Source: the human T2T-CHM13v2.0 reference genome, Homo sapiens. Taken from it: DNA of 64,000 bases. Position numbers and translations under genes: made by a program. Shown piece by piece: positions 12,895 through 28,400 of the stretch. The stretch lies in assembly GCF_009914755.1 (NCBI RefSeq), contig NC_060928.1; one strand, 5' to 3'. Position 1 is the stretch's first letter. Each line of letters opens with the position of its first letter. The notes under the pieces were generated by a model. It had not been told where the DNA came from. It ran no database searches and saw only the letters and a list, made by a program, of their open reading frames with translations.

Positions 12895-14887
12895 GAAAAA
12901 GTAGATGAAAAGCTGTCTTGAAATAAACGATGTTGTGAATCTACACATATATACATCAAATAGTTGGAAAATTTGACTCATCACATAAGTTATGATTTGT
13001 AGATGATATGGTCTGGTTCTGTATCCCCACCCAAATATCATCCCAAATTGTAATCTCCACATGTTGAGGGAGGGACCTGATAGGAGGTGATTGGATAACA
13101 GAGGTGTTTTCCCCATGCTGTTTTTGTGATTGTGATTGAATTATCATGAGATGTGATGGTTTAAAAGTGTGGCTCTTCCCCTCTCTCTCTCTCTCTTCTG
13201 CTCCCATGTAAGGCCTGCCTTGCTTCCCCTTTGCCTTCCACCGTAATTTTAAGTTTCCTGAGGCCTCCTAGCTAGGCTTCCTGTTAAGCCTACAGAACTG
13301 TGAGTCAATTACACTTCTTTTCTTTATTAATTACCAAGTCTCAGATAGTTCTTTATAGCAGTGTGAGAATGAACTAATACAGAAAGTTGGTACTGAGAGA
13401 AGTGGGATACTGCTATAAAGGTACCTGAAAATGTGGAAATGACTTTGGAGCAGGGTAATGGGCAGAGGCTGGTACAGTTTGGAGGACTCAGAAGAAGACA
13501 GGAAAATGTGGGAAGGTTTGGAACTTCCTAGAGACTTGCTGAATGGTTTTGACCAAAATGCTGATAGTGATGTGGACAATGAAGTCCAGGCTGAGGTGGT
13601 CTCAGATGGAGATGAGGAACTTGTTGGGAACTGGCATAAAGGTCACTCTTGGTATGCTTTAGCAAAGAGAACGGTGGCATTTTGCCCCTGCCCTAGAGAT
13701 CTCTGGAACTTTGAACTTGAGAGAGATGATTTAATGTGTCTGGCAGAAGACATTTCTAAGCAGCAAAGCATTCGAGATGTGACCTGGCTTTTTCTGAAAG
13801 CATACAGTTTTAAGCATTCACAAAGAGATGGTCTGAAATTGGAACTTATATTTGAAAGGGAAGCAGAGCATAAAAGTTTGGAAAATTTGCAGCCTAACCA
13901 TGTGGTAGAACAGAAAAACCTATTTACTGGGGAGAAATTCAAACTGCAGGCTGCAGAATTTTGCATAAATAAAGAGAAGCCAGATGCTAATAGCCAAGAC
14001 AGTGGGGAAAATGTCTCCAGGGCATTTCAGAGATCTTCAGAGCAGCCCCTCCCATCACAGGCCTGGAGGCCTAGGAAGGAAAAACAGTTTCATGTGCCAG
14101 GCCTAGGGCTCTGGTGTTCTGTGAAGCCTCAGGACATGGCACCCTGTGTTTTAGCAGCTCCAGCTCTAGCTATGAATAAAAGGGGCCCAGGTACAGCTTC
14201 AGAAGGTGCACTCTCCAAGCCTTGGTCACTTCCATGTAGTGTTAGACCTGTGGGTGTGCAGAATAAAAGGGTTGAGCTTTAAGAGCCTCAACCTAGATTT
14301 CAAAGGATGTATGGAAAACAAAAGTCTGCTGCAGGGATGGAGCCGTCATAGAGAACCTCTACTAAGGCAATGCAGAAGAAAAATGAGGGTTTGCAGCCCC
14401 CACACAGAGTCCCCATTTGAGTACTACCTAGTGGAGCTGTGAAAAGAGGGCCACCATCCTCCAGACCCCAGAATGGTAGATCCACCAACAGCTCACACCA
14501 TGAGCCTGGAAAAGCCACAGGCACTCAACACCAGCTCGTGAAAGCAGCTGCTGTATCCTGCACAGCCACAGAGATGGAGCTGCCCCTGGCCTTGGGAACC
14601 CCCCTCTTGCATCAGTGTGGCCTGGATGTGAGACATGAAGTCACTGGAGATTATGTTGGAGCTTTAAGATTTAATGGTTGCCCTGATTGGTTTTGGACTT
14701 GCATGGGGCCTGTGGCCCCTTTGTTTTGGCCTATTTCCCCGATTTGTAATGGGAGCATCTACTCAGTGTCTGTACCTCCATTATATCTGGAAGTAATTAA
14801 CTTGCTTTTGATTCTACAGGATCATAGGCAGAAGGAACTTGCCTTGTCTCAGATGAGACTTTGCACTTGGACTTTTAAGTTAATGCT

Positions 14888-15137
14888 ACATATATATATA
14901 TACACACACATATATGTGTATATATGTACATATATATGTATGTGTGTATATATATGTGTATATATGTATGTGTATATATGTAATATATGTGTGTATATAT
15001 GTGTATATATGTACATATATATGTATGTGTATATATATGTATCTGTATATATATGTATATGTGTGTGTATATATATATGTTAGGTATATATATGTGTGTG
15101 TGTATATATATGTGTGTATATATATATGTTAGGTATT
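14888..15137. repeat. (TA/TG)n low-complexity tract
   Basis: About 250 bp of alternating purine-pyrimidine sequence, the expanded internal TA tract of MLT2A. Confidence 0.95.
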
Positions 15138-15505
15138 AACTCACACGATCACAAGGTCCCACAGTAGGCCATATGCAGGCTGAGGAACAAGGAGAGCCAG
15201 TCCAGGTTCCAAAACTGAAGAATGTGAAGTTTGATCTTCGAGGGCAGGAAGCATCCAGCAGAGGAGAAAGATGTAGGCTGGGAGGCTAGGCCAGTCTCTC
15301 TTTTCACATTTTTTTGCCTGCTTCATTGTTGCCTGCTCTGGAAACTGATTAGATGGTGCCCAGCCAGTTTAAGGGTGGGTCTGCCTTTCCCAGCCCACTG
15401 ACTCACACGTTAATCTCCTTTGGCAGCACCCTCACAGACACACCCAGGATTGATACTTTTTGTCCTTCAATCCAATCAAGTTGACACTCAGTGTTAATCA
15501 TCACA
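14888..15505 (-). mobile_element. MLT2A1-type LTR inserted in THE1
   Basis: aactcacacgatcacaaggtcccac ... caatccaatcaagttgacactcagtgttaatcatcaca is the reverse complement of MLT2A. Confidence 0.88.
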
Positions 15506-15859
15506 CCAGCCAAATCTCATTTCAAATCGTAATCCCCATGTGTCAAGGGAGGAAACTGGTAGGAGGTGATTGGATAATACAGGCAGTTTCCCCATGCTGT
15601 TTTCATGATGGTGAGTGAGTTTTCATGAGATCTAATGGTTTAAAAGTGTGGCACTTTCTCTCTCTCTCTCACTTCCCTGCTGCCATATAACATGTACCTC
15701 ACTTCCCCTTCACCTTCTGCCATGATTATACGTTTTCTGAGGCCTCTTAGCCATGCTTCCTGTTAAGCCTGTGAAATTGTGAGTCAATTAAACCTCTTTT
15801 CTTATTACCCAATCTCAGGTAATTCTTTATAACAATGTGAGAATGGACTAAGACAGTAT

Positions 15860-16260
15860 CCTAATATAACTATGTGATTTTAAAGTTAAGAAAAAGGATG
15901 CTTTGTGTATCCAGGCAGGCCCAAAAAACCAAATCCACACCACTTACAAGGGAGAGAAAATCAAATTAGTATCAGATTTTTTACAACAACATTGTATGCT
16001 AAGAAACAATGAAGCAACATTTTAATATTATTAAGGAAAGAAAATGTAAGCCAGGCATTTTTGTATGTAACCTAACAGCTCATGAAGTTTTGCTGCAGAG
16101 AAATATGTTAATATCATGTTAGAACTCAGGAAATATTGTATTCATCAGCTCTTTCTGATAAATCTATTTAACCAACATGCCTTGTATACCGTGAAATTAT
16201 TAGAAATGTTTAAGTACTGAAGTCTGCTATAAGCACTGAATGTATTAATTATATAATTAA
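15860..16260 (+). mobile_element. Ancient L1/HAL1 ORF1-like fragment (likely continuous with ~12420-13000)
   Basis: A-rich; cacttacaagggagagaaaatcaaattagtatcagatttt...aaggaaagaaaatgtaagcc resembles the ORF1 C-terminal region. Confidence 0.45.
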
Positions 16261-16294
16261 TACTTTAAAAAGTATATAAGAGTAGCAAGATAAT

Positions 16295-17235
16295 GGGTCC
16301 CTACAACTCAACAACAGAAAGACAATATAAAATGAGCAAAAGACTTGGACTTAGATATTTCTCCAAAAAAGATATGCAAACAGCCCGTACACACATAAAA
16401 AGATATTCAATATTATTAGTTATTAGGGAACATAAATGAAAACCACAATGAGATACCACTTCACAATTTCACATCACTAGCAGGACTTCTAGTATGACTC
16501 TAATGAAACAAACAAACAGCAACCCCAAAATAACAATTATTGACAGGAATGTAGAGAAATTGGAACACTCACTCGTTGCTGGTGGGAATGTAAAATGGTG
16601 CAACTGCTATGGAAAACAATTTGGTAGTTCCTCAAGTTACAGAGTTTCCACATGACCCAGCAATTATGCTCCCAGGTAGATACGCAAAAGAATGAAAAAC
16701 AGTGACTCAGACAGATATTTGTAGGACATTGCTCAATGCAGCGTTATTTATAATAGCCAAATGGTGGAAACAACCTAAGAACCCATCAATGGATGAATGG
16801 ACTATAAAAACTAAACCTGGTCTATACATACAGTGCAGTATTATTAAAACTAAACCTGGTATATATATACAGTGCAGTATTATTAAATCTCTAAAGAGGA
16901 ACGAAGTGCTGCACTTGCTACAATAAGGATAAAACCTGAAAACCCGAAGCTAGGTGAAAACAAGCCAGCCGCAAAGGAAAAATACTCTATGGTTCCACGT
17001 ATATGAAACAGATAAATTCATAGAGACAGATAAATTCATAGAGACAGAAAGAAATGAGGCAATCATGAAACTCTTGTTTAAGAATGACAGTGTTTCTGTT
17101 TGAGACTGTAAAGAAGTTTTGAAAGTAGATCGTGGTGATGGTTGCATGACACTGTGAATGCACTTGATGTCACTGAATTGTACACTTAAAACTCAATGAA
17201 AAATTTTAAATATGAATTTATCACAATAGTTTTTT
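16295..17235 (+). mobile_element. L1MB-type 3' end
   Basis: ORF2 C-terminal motifs (aaaaccacaatgagataccacttcac, ggtgggaatgtaaaatggtgca) and 3' UTR gtggtgatggttgca...actgaattgtacacttaaa. Confidence 0.85.
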
Positions 17236-17349
17236 CAATAGTAATTTTTAAAAGCTTTATTACTTTAGAAATAAAATTATCAAAATATAGAAGGAGAAGA
17301 GGAAATAGAACTAAAATAAGTTCACAAATTGCCTTATAGGGGTTAGCTG

Positions 17350-17750
17350 TGTTGAATTACATAAGGAGGCGGTCATTCACCTGAGGCTGTCTGCATATTT
17401 TAATTCCTACATAATGAATATCAACCTAACTTAGTATGTAAACAAACCCAAATTTAACTTATAAGTGTAACACACAGGCAAGTTTCAGCCAATAATAAGC
17501 AGCCACATATCAGCCAGTCACAGGTAGCCCACACATCACAGGATACCCAAATAAGCAAATGCCTAGTTATAGCCAAGCAGGTGATTTCTCTGCTTTGCTT
17601 CTATGCTCATCACATGAGAGGTCACTGCTCATGCTGCTGGGCAGAAATCTCTGAATATCTCCTGGTTCCGAGTGCTGCCTCATCCATGAATCATTCTTTG
17701 CTCAAATAAATTCTGCTAAATTTAATGTGTCTAAAGATTTTCTTCTAACA
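17350..17750 (+). mobile_element. MER57/MER93-type ERV1 solo LTR
   Basis: TG...CA termini, 3' end ttctttgctcaaataaattctgctaaatttaat...ctaaca, near 4-bp TSD gctg/gttg. Confidence 0.75.
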
Positions 17751-18184
17751 GTTGGAAGGAAGGGGTTATTTCTTGCATATGACAAATCTAGTAGCAAGAT
17801 ATTAAATATATCTAATAGTAGAAAGATTTCTAGGCCTACTGCTCAGGTCTCTTCGTGAAAGTTCTTATCGCTGAAATTTTGGTTTTGGTCAACCTTTCCC
17901 TTTATCCCTCATCTTTGTCTTCTTTGGATATCATGATCATTTGCCTGGTACTCATTCCCAAGAATGGGTTTATGACAAGTATATCTTATGAATTGTTTTC
18001 ACTCAATCTTTGGACTTGCTCTGCTGGCACGAGCATCTATTGATGAGGAGCCTGATGCCAATCAAATTCTCATTTCTTTATAAGTGGCCAATCTTGTTAT
18101 TTTTTTGTTTCACTTGGCTTTTTCTCTCCTTTCTGAAATCATTCAGAATCTTCTACTTAACATTGCTGAATGGGTTCGATCTTT

Positions 18185-20545
<2,361 letters not shown>

Positions 20546-21899
20546 TAAAGTCTCAGTTTTCTTTTGAACACTAGAAAATTTTCTCTTCCTTTTATTTTTT
20601 TCTATGTTCTTTCCTCCCTTTTCTCTGCCATTTTCTTTCCAAAATTGCTACGAATTAAATGTTGAATTATCTAAATAGATTCTCTTTCTCCTTGTTTTTC
20701 CTTTTTCATTTTTTCCTCTTTCATTTTTATGCACTAGGAAATTTTCAACTGAAAATTGCAACCCTTTCACTGGCAATTAAATGTCTACCTCCAAGACTTC
20801 TCTTCAGCCCTGTGTTTCTTTAATATTTTCTATATAAAATGATCTTATATAAGTGTAAAATATATTTAAACATTTCTGAGGACACCAAATTGAGATATTT
20901 CTGTTTTGTGGAAGTTGAGCTATCTAAATTATTTTTGTTATGTGGCTATGGTTCATCAATTAGTTTAGGGTTATCAGGTAGAAAGGCAGGTATTGTATTC
21001 CCCTGGCCATCCCTTATATACACTATAACAGTGAAGCTTTCCTCTGAGGAATAAAATTGGAGAGCATTTCAAAAATAAACTTTTCTAAAACTTAACCTTT
21101 AAATATTCAAATTCATGTGGCTTAAATATTCGACTGAAAGTCTAGCTTTTAAAACAATCCTCAAGGTGATTCTTATAATCAACTAGGCTGGGAATTTCAA
21201 TTCCAATCTTATAAACCTAGGTAAATTGAAGGAGTCTAATAACAGGGCCAGAGGTGGCTCAGTTTGTACTGGATAAACCTTCTGCAGCAGAATCACCTGA
21301 AGGTTTTTTTTTTTCTTTTTAAATATACTTTTTAAATCCATTCCCGAATTGCTAAAGCAGGCTATCTGGTGGTGACACTTGGAAACTTGCCTTATAATAA
21401 GCTCCTTAAATGAATCTTAAGCACACAGGTGAGACCCTCTGCTGTAATGGAACTCAAGGCTTACCCCAACCCCGAGATTATCTCATCTCATCCTGAGGAG
21501 TACACAAGACGTTAGTCAAAGCCAAGTATGCTGGGCAATGCTGCTGGAGTGAGCGTTCAGTGTGAAAGGCATTGGAAACTCTTTATTTAGTATGTCCCCT
21601 GGATTATTTCCATGGGACTCTCCTTTTATATGATGACTCTTTGGTTTTTCTTCTGAGTCCACACTATTTTGGAACATCTGTCTTATCTGTTGATATGATG
21701 AAAGGAGTGTGGGCTCTACCCTTAGTCTCATACAACATTGAGAAGCCAAACAAATTCCAGAGTCAGGCCTGAAGGAAAGGAAGTCTATGTGGGCTGGCTT
21801 CTCAGTTAAACACAAGGGCTTCCTGTGGCTCAACAGAAGTCAGCAGAGCTCACCAGGGCTATGAACCTACAAAGGAATGCACTGTCACAGTACTTAGCG

Positions 21900-22145
21900 T
21901 TAAAGAGAACACATTGACTGCTCTACGTAAAATAGCACCGACTCACCCGTTTATCTCTACTCTCTTTCCTGATTTATTCTTCTTCATGGCACTTATTTCC
22001 ATTTTATACAGTATATAATTATTTGTTTTCATTGTCTGCCTCCTCTCCAAGTAAAATTTAAACTCCATCCAAGTTGAAGATTGTTCTTCTCTACTATATC
22101 CCTAACATGGTGGGCCTCCAATAAATATATATTGAATTAATACAT
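21900..22145 (+). mobile_element. L2 3' end fragment
   Basis: ttcttcatggcacttat...attgtctgcctcc...caataaatatatattgaattaat. Confidence 0.6.
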
Positions 22146-23489
22146 TTACCTTCATGTGTCTTCTATGTTTATCTCTTCTGGAGTCCTACTAAGAACAATA
22201 GGCAAAGGATGAGAATAGCTATTGAAAATGACCACGAAAGTTGGCTTTGAGAAGAGAAGGTATGAAACTCAAGATTCCAAACACTGGCATTACTAACACC
22301 AATAGACAAACATTATGATTAGATTCAATACATTTTCTTTGAAATGTTTGACAGTTCAAGTGTCCAACAGGAAGCAACAAGTCAATAGGCTTGTATACCT
22401 GTTAAGCAAGCAATGGGTACACACGTCTCTTCTTGTTTATGATTGTCAATGTGTATACTAAATTCAGAGCCAGTATTCCTGCAGTTTCAAAAATGGCTCT
22501 ATTTCCATTCATGATAAATTTGTGGGCTTTATTTGGATGGAGTCACATAAAATAATGTATATTTAGTATGAAGGAACTCATTATAAAACACTGTGGTAGT
22601 CTAATGAGATAATTTTGAAAAAAAATAGTAGTTGACAGTTTATTATTGCTGACAACACTGGCAACTTAGATTAGTGTGAGAGTCTCTTACACCAAGAATG
22701 GTATTTAAAGCCAGGTAAATAACTAAGAAAGTAAAACTGTTTTGTGATTTTAGAAACAATAAATTATAGAGATTTCCTTCTAAAAAAATGGAACAGGTTG
22801 AGTTATGGGCCCATTCCATTATAAGTAAATACAACAGGTAGATATTCTAATTTATAAATATTTAATATTGAACAAGGTAAATGTGTGAGACTTGAATTTC
22901 TACAGTTTACAGTTGCAGTCAGCCATGTTCTAAACTTACTGAGATATTTGTCACGTAGTCCCTTCTTGTGGTTCTTTATTAACACCCTAGTGACAACTGT
23001 ATCTCTTCTCTAACTCCAGCAACTTAAAATCTCTCTGTAGAAATCTTGGTGTTTTCTATCTTAGATAAATTCAAGGTCATACTCGCTCTCAGCATGGCCA
23101 GCCAGGAGAGACAGGGTCTTCATAGGAATCTGATCCGCAGCCCTGCGGTGAGAGACACAGACTCCCGAGGAGACAGGATCTGAAGCAAGGCAGGCCAGGG
23201 GGAGATTAGGGAATGGACTTCATGAAGGGGCAGCCCCCACAGAAATGATTTATTGGAAGAAGATAACGAAAAGACTGAAGGACAAGATTTAGTAAGAAAA
23301 AAGGACTTCTTTGCAATGATGATGTAGTGATGAGAGGAGTCGCAGAGAGAGAGGCCTGTGTGGAGGTGGTCAGCTTTTCAGGAGACTCTGGTCACTAAGA
23401 ACACGACTTGCAAAGTCAGGTCTGAACCCTGTCAGCCCTTGTGTAGACCGTTTAGTTTTACCTTCAAAATACAAGGACTGCTGTAACAC

Positions 23490-24110
23490 TGGCAATTGTC
23501 TCCACTGCTGCAACACCTGGCCTGAGTAACCACCACCCTCACTGGGCTTCCCCAGGCCTTTAAGCCGTTTTTCTAATTCATGCTAACTGCCCTAAAATCT
23601 ACTTTCAATACAGCATCCATAATTATCCTTTTGAAACTTAAGCAAATTGACATCACCCCTGTGGTCAGGGCTCCCCACTTCACTGAGAATGAGAGAAGGA
23701 CCTAACACAGTTTCTCTCCTCTGCACACCATCACCTCCCCACCACACCCCCTTTTCCCAGCAAGCCTCGTCCCCATTGTCCCTCCCCAGCCAGCACATGG
23801 GCTTCCCCACCGCACCTCAGACACACAGCGGGCTCCCACGTGAGGCCTTTGTGCTCATGGCTCCCTCTGCCTAGAATGCGCTTCCTCTCACCATGCGCGT
23901 GGCTGATTTCCTCACCCACTTTCGGTCCTGGCTTAAACATCACCTCTCATGAGGCCACCCTGCCTGCCTGCACCTGCCCACCTCTATCGCTGATCTTGGT
24001 CTAGTTTTCTCCATAGCACTTGTCGCTTCTAACATATTCTATAATAGACTTGTTTTTATTATTGCGTACTGTCTTTCTCCCATAAACAAGACTGTAAGTT
24101 ACATTAGATT
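23490..24110 (+). mobile_element. L2 fragment
   Basis: ctccactgctgcaacac..., ccctctgcctagaatgc, ttttctccatagcactt are typical of the L2 3' region. Confidence 0.65.
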
Positions 24111-24459
24111 GGAGATTTCTGTTGGAACAGATCTGAATAAGCCTTGTTATTATTCTTAACATATTTCACAATCTTCAATTCTTTTCAGAGTTTTTAGTTT
24201 CCAGGCACAATCTCTGTTCCTGCCCCCCTCCACCCCGATCTTGGTCTAGTTTTAGCCATATCACTTGTCGCTCCTAACACATTCTATAATAGACTTGTTT
24301 TTATAATATTATTGCACATTGTCTTTCTCCCATAAACAAGACTGTAAGTTACATTAGACCAGCAGTTTTCGTGGGAACAGATATGAATAAGCCCTGATAT
24401 TATTAACAAATTTCACAATCGATCTTCAGCTGTTTTTAGAGCTTTTGGTCTCCAGACAC
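23992..24459. repeat. Diverged direct tandem duplication, ~245-bp period
   Basis: 23992-24208 and 24237-24459 share gatcttggtctagtttt, ttctataatagacttgtttttat, tgtctttctcccataaacaagactgtaagttacattaga and tgaataagcc. Confidence 0.9.
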
Positions 24460-25054
24460 CCTTTTAAATTCTGATCATTGTTTTATGTCTTTACATTTTT
24501 TTGTTTACATTCATCTATATATAAGTTAAATCTAATTTAATAGGAAATGATCAATGCAGTCACTTTTGGTGTCTTTACCTGATTTTATCTGTTTCTTCCT
24601 CACTGGCATTATCTTCAACTGCACTGTCAATATCATGCTTTTGAAATGTTTCTTATTTCCCTGTAGCTGAGTGACTACGGGACTCTTAATTTATAAAGAC
24701 AACCTCCCGGTCTAAGTGATGTGTCTAAACATATCCTTCCTCACTTAGGCAGATTCCAAAGACTGCAAGTATTGAAGGTTGATACTTTAACAGGAAGTAC
24801 CCCTATTGTTTTCACAAATAAAGGAATGATGTTGTCACACAGGCAGGGCGAACATCCCTCGGGCATTCAGCTTTAGCAGGGTAAGATTTCCAGATGTCTG
24901 AATATCTGAGGTCAACGAACGACAAGCACGTTTTCTCTGTGTTACGAATTACGTGAGACAAGCATGAAGCTTCTCATCCACCAAACTAGGCCATCTCAGG
25001 ACAATGCACCTTGGCTTTCTCCCACCACGTCTCCCATTCAGAACCTGCTCATAG

Positions 25055-25449
<395 letters not shown>

Positions 25450-28400
25450 TTAGAAACAAGATCACATAGTTCCGCAGACAAATCCGCATCACGACTTTCA
25501 TCTCAATACATATTGGTGTTACCTGATATATCATGTTAATTTCCTTTTGTTAAAATTTAAGGACTCTTCACATACTCTGAGACTAGATTCTCACAGGCAA
25601 TGTCCTCCTGAGAGTCACTAGGCGCTGTCCTACCAATTGTTCCTCTTTCAGTATAGCAGATATGCATTTCTTCAAAGAGAATTTCACAATAAAATGTCTC
25701 TAGCCATGAATCTATCATTTTGTTTAAAAAATCAAAATCCATGTCCAGATAGACAAATTTTGTTGTTTGACATCTTCCATGTAAACTGTTGTTTAATTTC
25801 AGTCTTTTCTTTATCATTTCACTATTACAAACTTAAACTTGAAAAGAAATTAAAATACAATCTTTCCTCCAACTTCTTCAGTACTCATTTCAAAACATAA
25901 AAATTGTGGAGAAAAATTATCAAAGAAGAAAAGCCAGTATAAATGCACTTTAAAAATGAAAAGACATAAATATGATAATTGTAGTAATTTCTCAAAAACA
26001 ACTATTAAAAAATATAAATGTAGTAGTTATGCTAATGAAATTACTCAGAGTCTGAAAAAGCTTTTAGAAATTTACATGCTACTTAGACCGAATCATAGTT
26101 CATCTATCACACATAGGAAGAAACTAATTCTGGGAGGTGGGGCATAATGCCACTACTTAAACAATTTTGTGTTGAAGAATAATGAAGCAAAGATCATCAT
26201 TCATAAAAGCAGCCTGTTACAGACATGCTTGAGTTTCTTGCTTGCTAGAGAGTAAATGATGAAATGGCAGACTGACTCAGTTCTACCTCCCCGAGGTCAC
26301 CTCAACACTCACAGACCTTCCAAGTTTCAAATCTAGTGACTCAAACACATTGCTGACTTCTTTCTATTCAGAATTTAGTAAGCTATAAGGATGTTAAACA
26401 TTTCATTCTGCTTTATTAAATTGAACATACTAGTTTGATTAGTTTGATAATAAATTGTATAGACTCATAGCTTCTGGAAACAATCAAAGACATTTGTGTA
26501 CCCAACAAAATGTACGTCTCTCCTAAATACATCTTGAATCTTGACAGTTATATATAAAGGGACTGAGGGAAAAGGACTCCTGGGTGACCTTGAGAGGCTA
26601 CTCGGAATAACTTACAGTATTTAATTTCTGAGCAAGTTAGAGACCAGCATGCCTCGAGAGTCCCTCAGTCTCTTCCTGTTGACGGATGTACCTCTCTCTG
26701 CCTTCTATGTATCGTGAGTTTTGAAAATGCACAGGGACTGGAATCCTTTTGCTACCAAACATATTGGAAACTCACAGACGTGATTATACTTCGTGGTTTT
26801 ATGTGTTTTATCAGCCAGTGACATCATGACAGATGAGAATGTTCTGCCAAGAAAAGTCAAGATTTCCTAACAGTCAGGTATTCACAGACAAATCACATGA
26901 ACTGTCATTTAATCTAAACAATGATTTGAACATAATCCAGACCCAAAGCAGAGAAAAAAATATCTCAACTGCCAAGCTTATTATAACAAGACATTTGATC
27001 CAGAGAAAACACTGTTGGGAGTTACAAACTACTAAAGGTTAAATAGAATCCTTTGATATATATGGCAGGAATATGTTCTTTTGTTTTTCTATTACTATCT
27101 CATCTGATGAAGCATCAAACATCTCACTGGGAAAACAGAAAAAAAACCCTAGTAAATACTATGTTGCTTTTAATGTTCTTTTATCTGTGAATCACGAAAG
27201 TAATGCAGCAATAATTAAATGAGTTGAGTGGTGTGTGCAGAAAACAGAGCATTCTTCCAAAACTGCTTCTTTGAGAGAGAAAAACTCATGGATTAATGTG
27301 TCCAAGGGGAGATTAAAGCAAGTCCACAGAGTTGCTCTGAGACAAATAGGTATTACACTTCACAAGAAAGGGCTTTTTATCAAGCATAGTTGTTTAGATA
27401 AAGTACAATCAACAAATATAAACTGGATATGCACTGCACAATTTTTCTATTAACACTGGGTTTTAATCTTTAAAGATCACATTGAGTAACAATTTCCTTA
27501 AAAGCCACACTCTGTGGACAATTGCCTAGAAGAACAATGACCCAATCCTCATAAATTGTGTTTAATAAAAAGCAGAATAAGCCATGATTGGATTATTTAT
27601 GAGACATTGAAGAGCAGCTGCATGGTGCTCTAAATGGGTTCCGCCTCCAGCAGTTGTCGAGACCAGATGGGAAAGTGACAAGCTCCACTTAATATGCCAC
27701 AGCATCAGCGTGGTCATAAAAGAGTCCACAGCAATTCTCTTTTGAACAGAAGCCACCTGTTTACTATAAACACACCTTCTCTTTCTCAAACTGTACTTTT
27801 AATTTTCAACTTGCATCTGAAAGGTAGCAACCCTTCAAGTTCAAATTGCCAGGCTGCAAATCAATCATGAGTGTTTGAGGAGTTCAAATCTCTGTGGCAG
27901 AATTTGGACAGTTTTAAAACTTTAATGTGTCCAAAGCTTGGCTGTAAATGATCCAATACATCTTCTCTTAAAAGGAGATTTTGTCATAATTATAATTTCA
28001 GTTGGCATTTTTTTTGGCTCTTGCTTAATTATAAAACTATGCTTATTAAAAACAGACTCTTTACTCCTTTGGTTATTAGAAACAGATTCATTATGCCCTC
28101 TACTTTATCTCAGCATACGTGATCTATGATGGAAAACCAAAGATTTGGCTCTGGCCTGTAGCTATAACTTCTTCACAAAAAGAAAGACTATGTCACCTGG
28201 CATTTGAGGCCCCTTGCTGTTCATTACGAAGATCATTGGTGTCTCCAGATCTCTCAGATAGTTTAGCAATGATCATATGTCTCATAGGAGAAAAAAAATT
28301 ACTTTAAAAAGTTGGAGCTAACACATAAATCCAAAAATCAAAGATAGGCATCACTAGAGTATCAATTCATATTACTGTGCTATAAATCTATTACAGTAGA

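Larger units (their letters stand above)
13004..15855 (+). mobile_element. THE1D-like MaLR element (5' LTR 13004-13381, internal 13382-~14888, 3' LTR remnant 15506-15855)
   Basis: The LTR runs tgatatgg...ctaataca. The internal region encodes the typical MaLR ORF (MGRGWYSLEDSEEDRKMWEGLELPRDLLNGFDQNADSD...). A second LTR copy lies downstream. Confidence 0.92.

Noticed and set aside
14439-15132. ORFs with Tyr/Ile/Cys/Val-rich tails
   Set aside because: Read-through of THE1-int into the (TA/TG)n tract.
26560-26720. Minus-strand GTAAGT donor near 26610-26615 suggesting a coding exon
   Set aside because: All three minus frames upstream of the donor contain stops, and there is no recognisable protein similarity.
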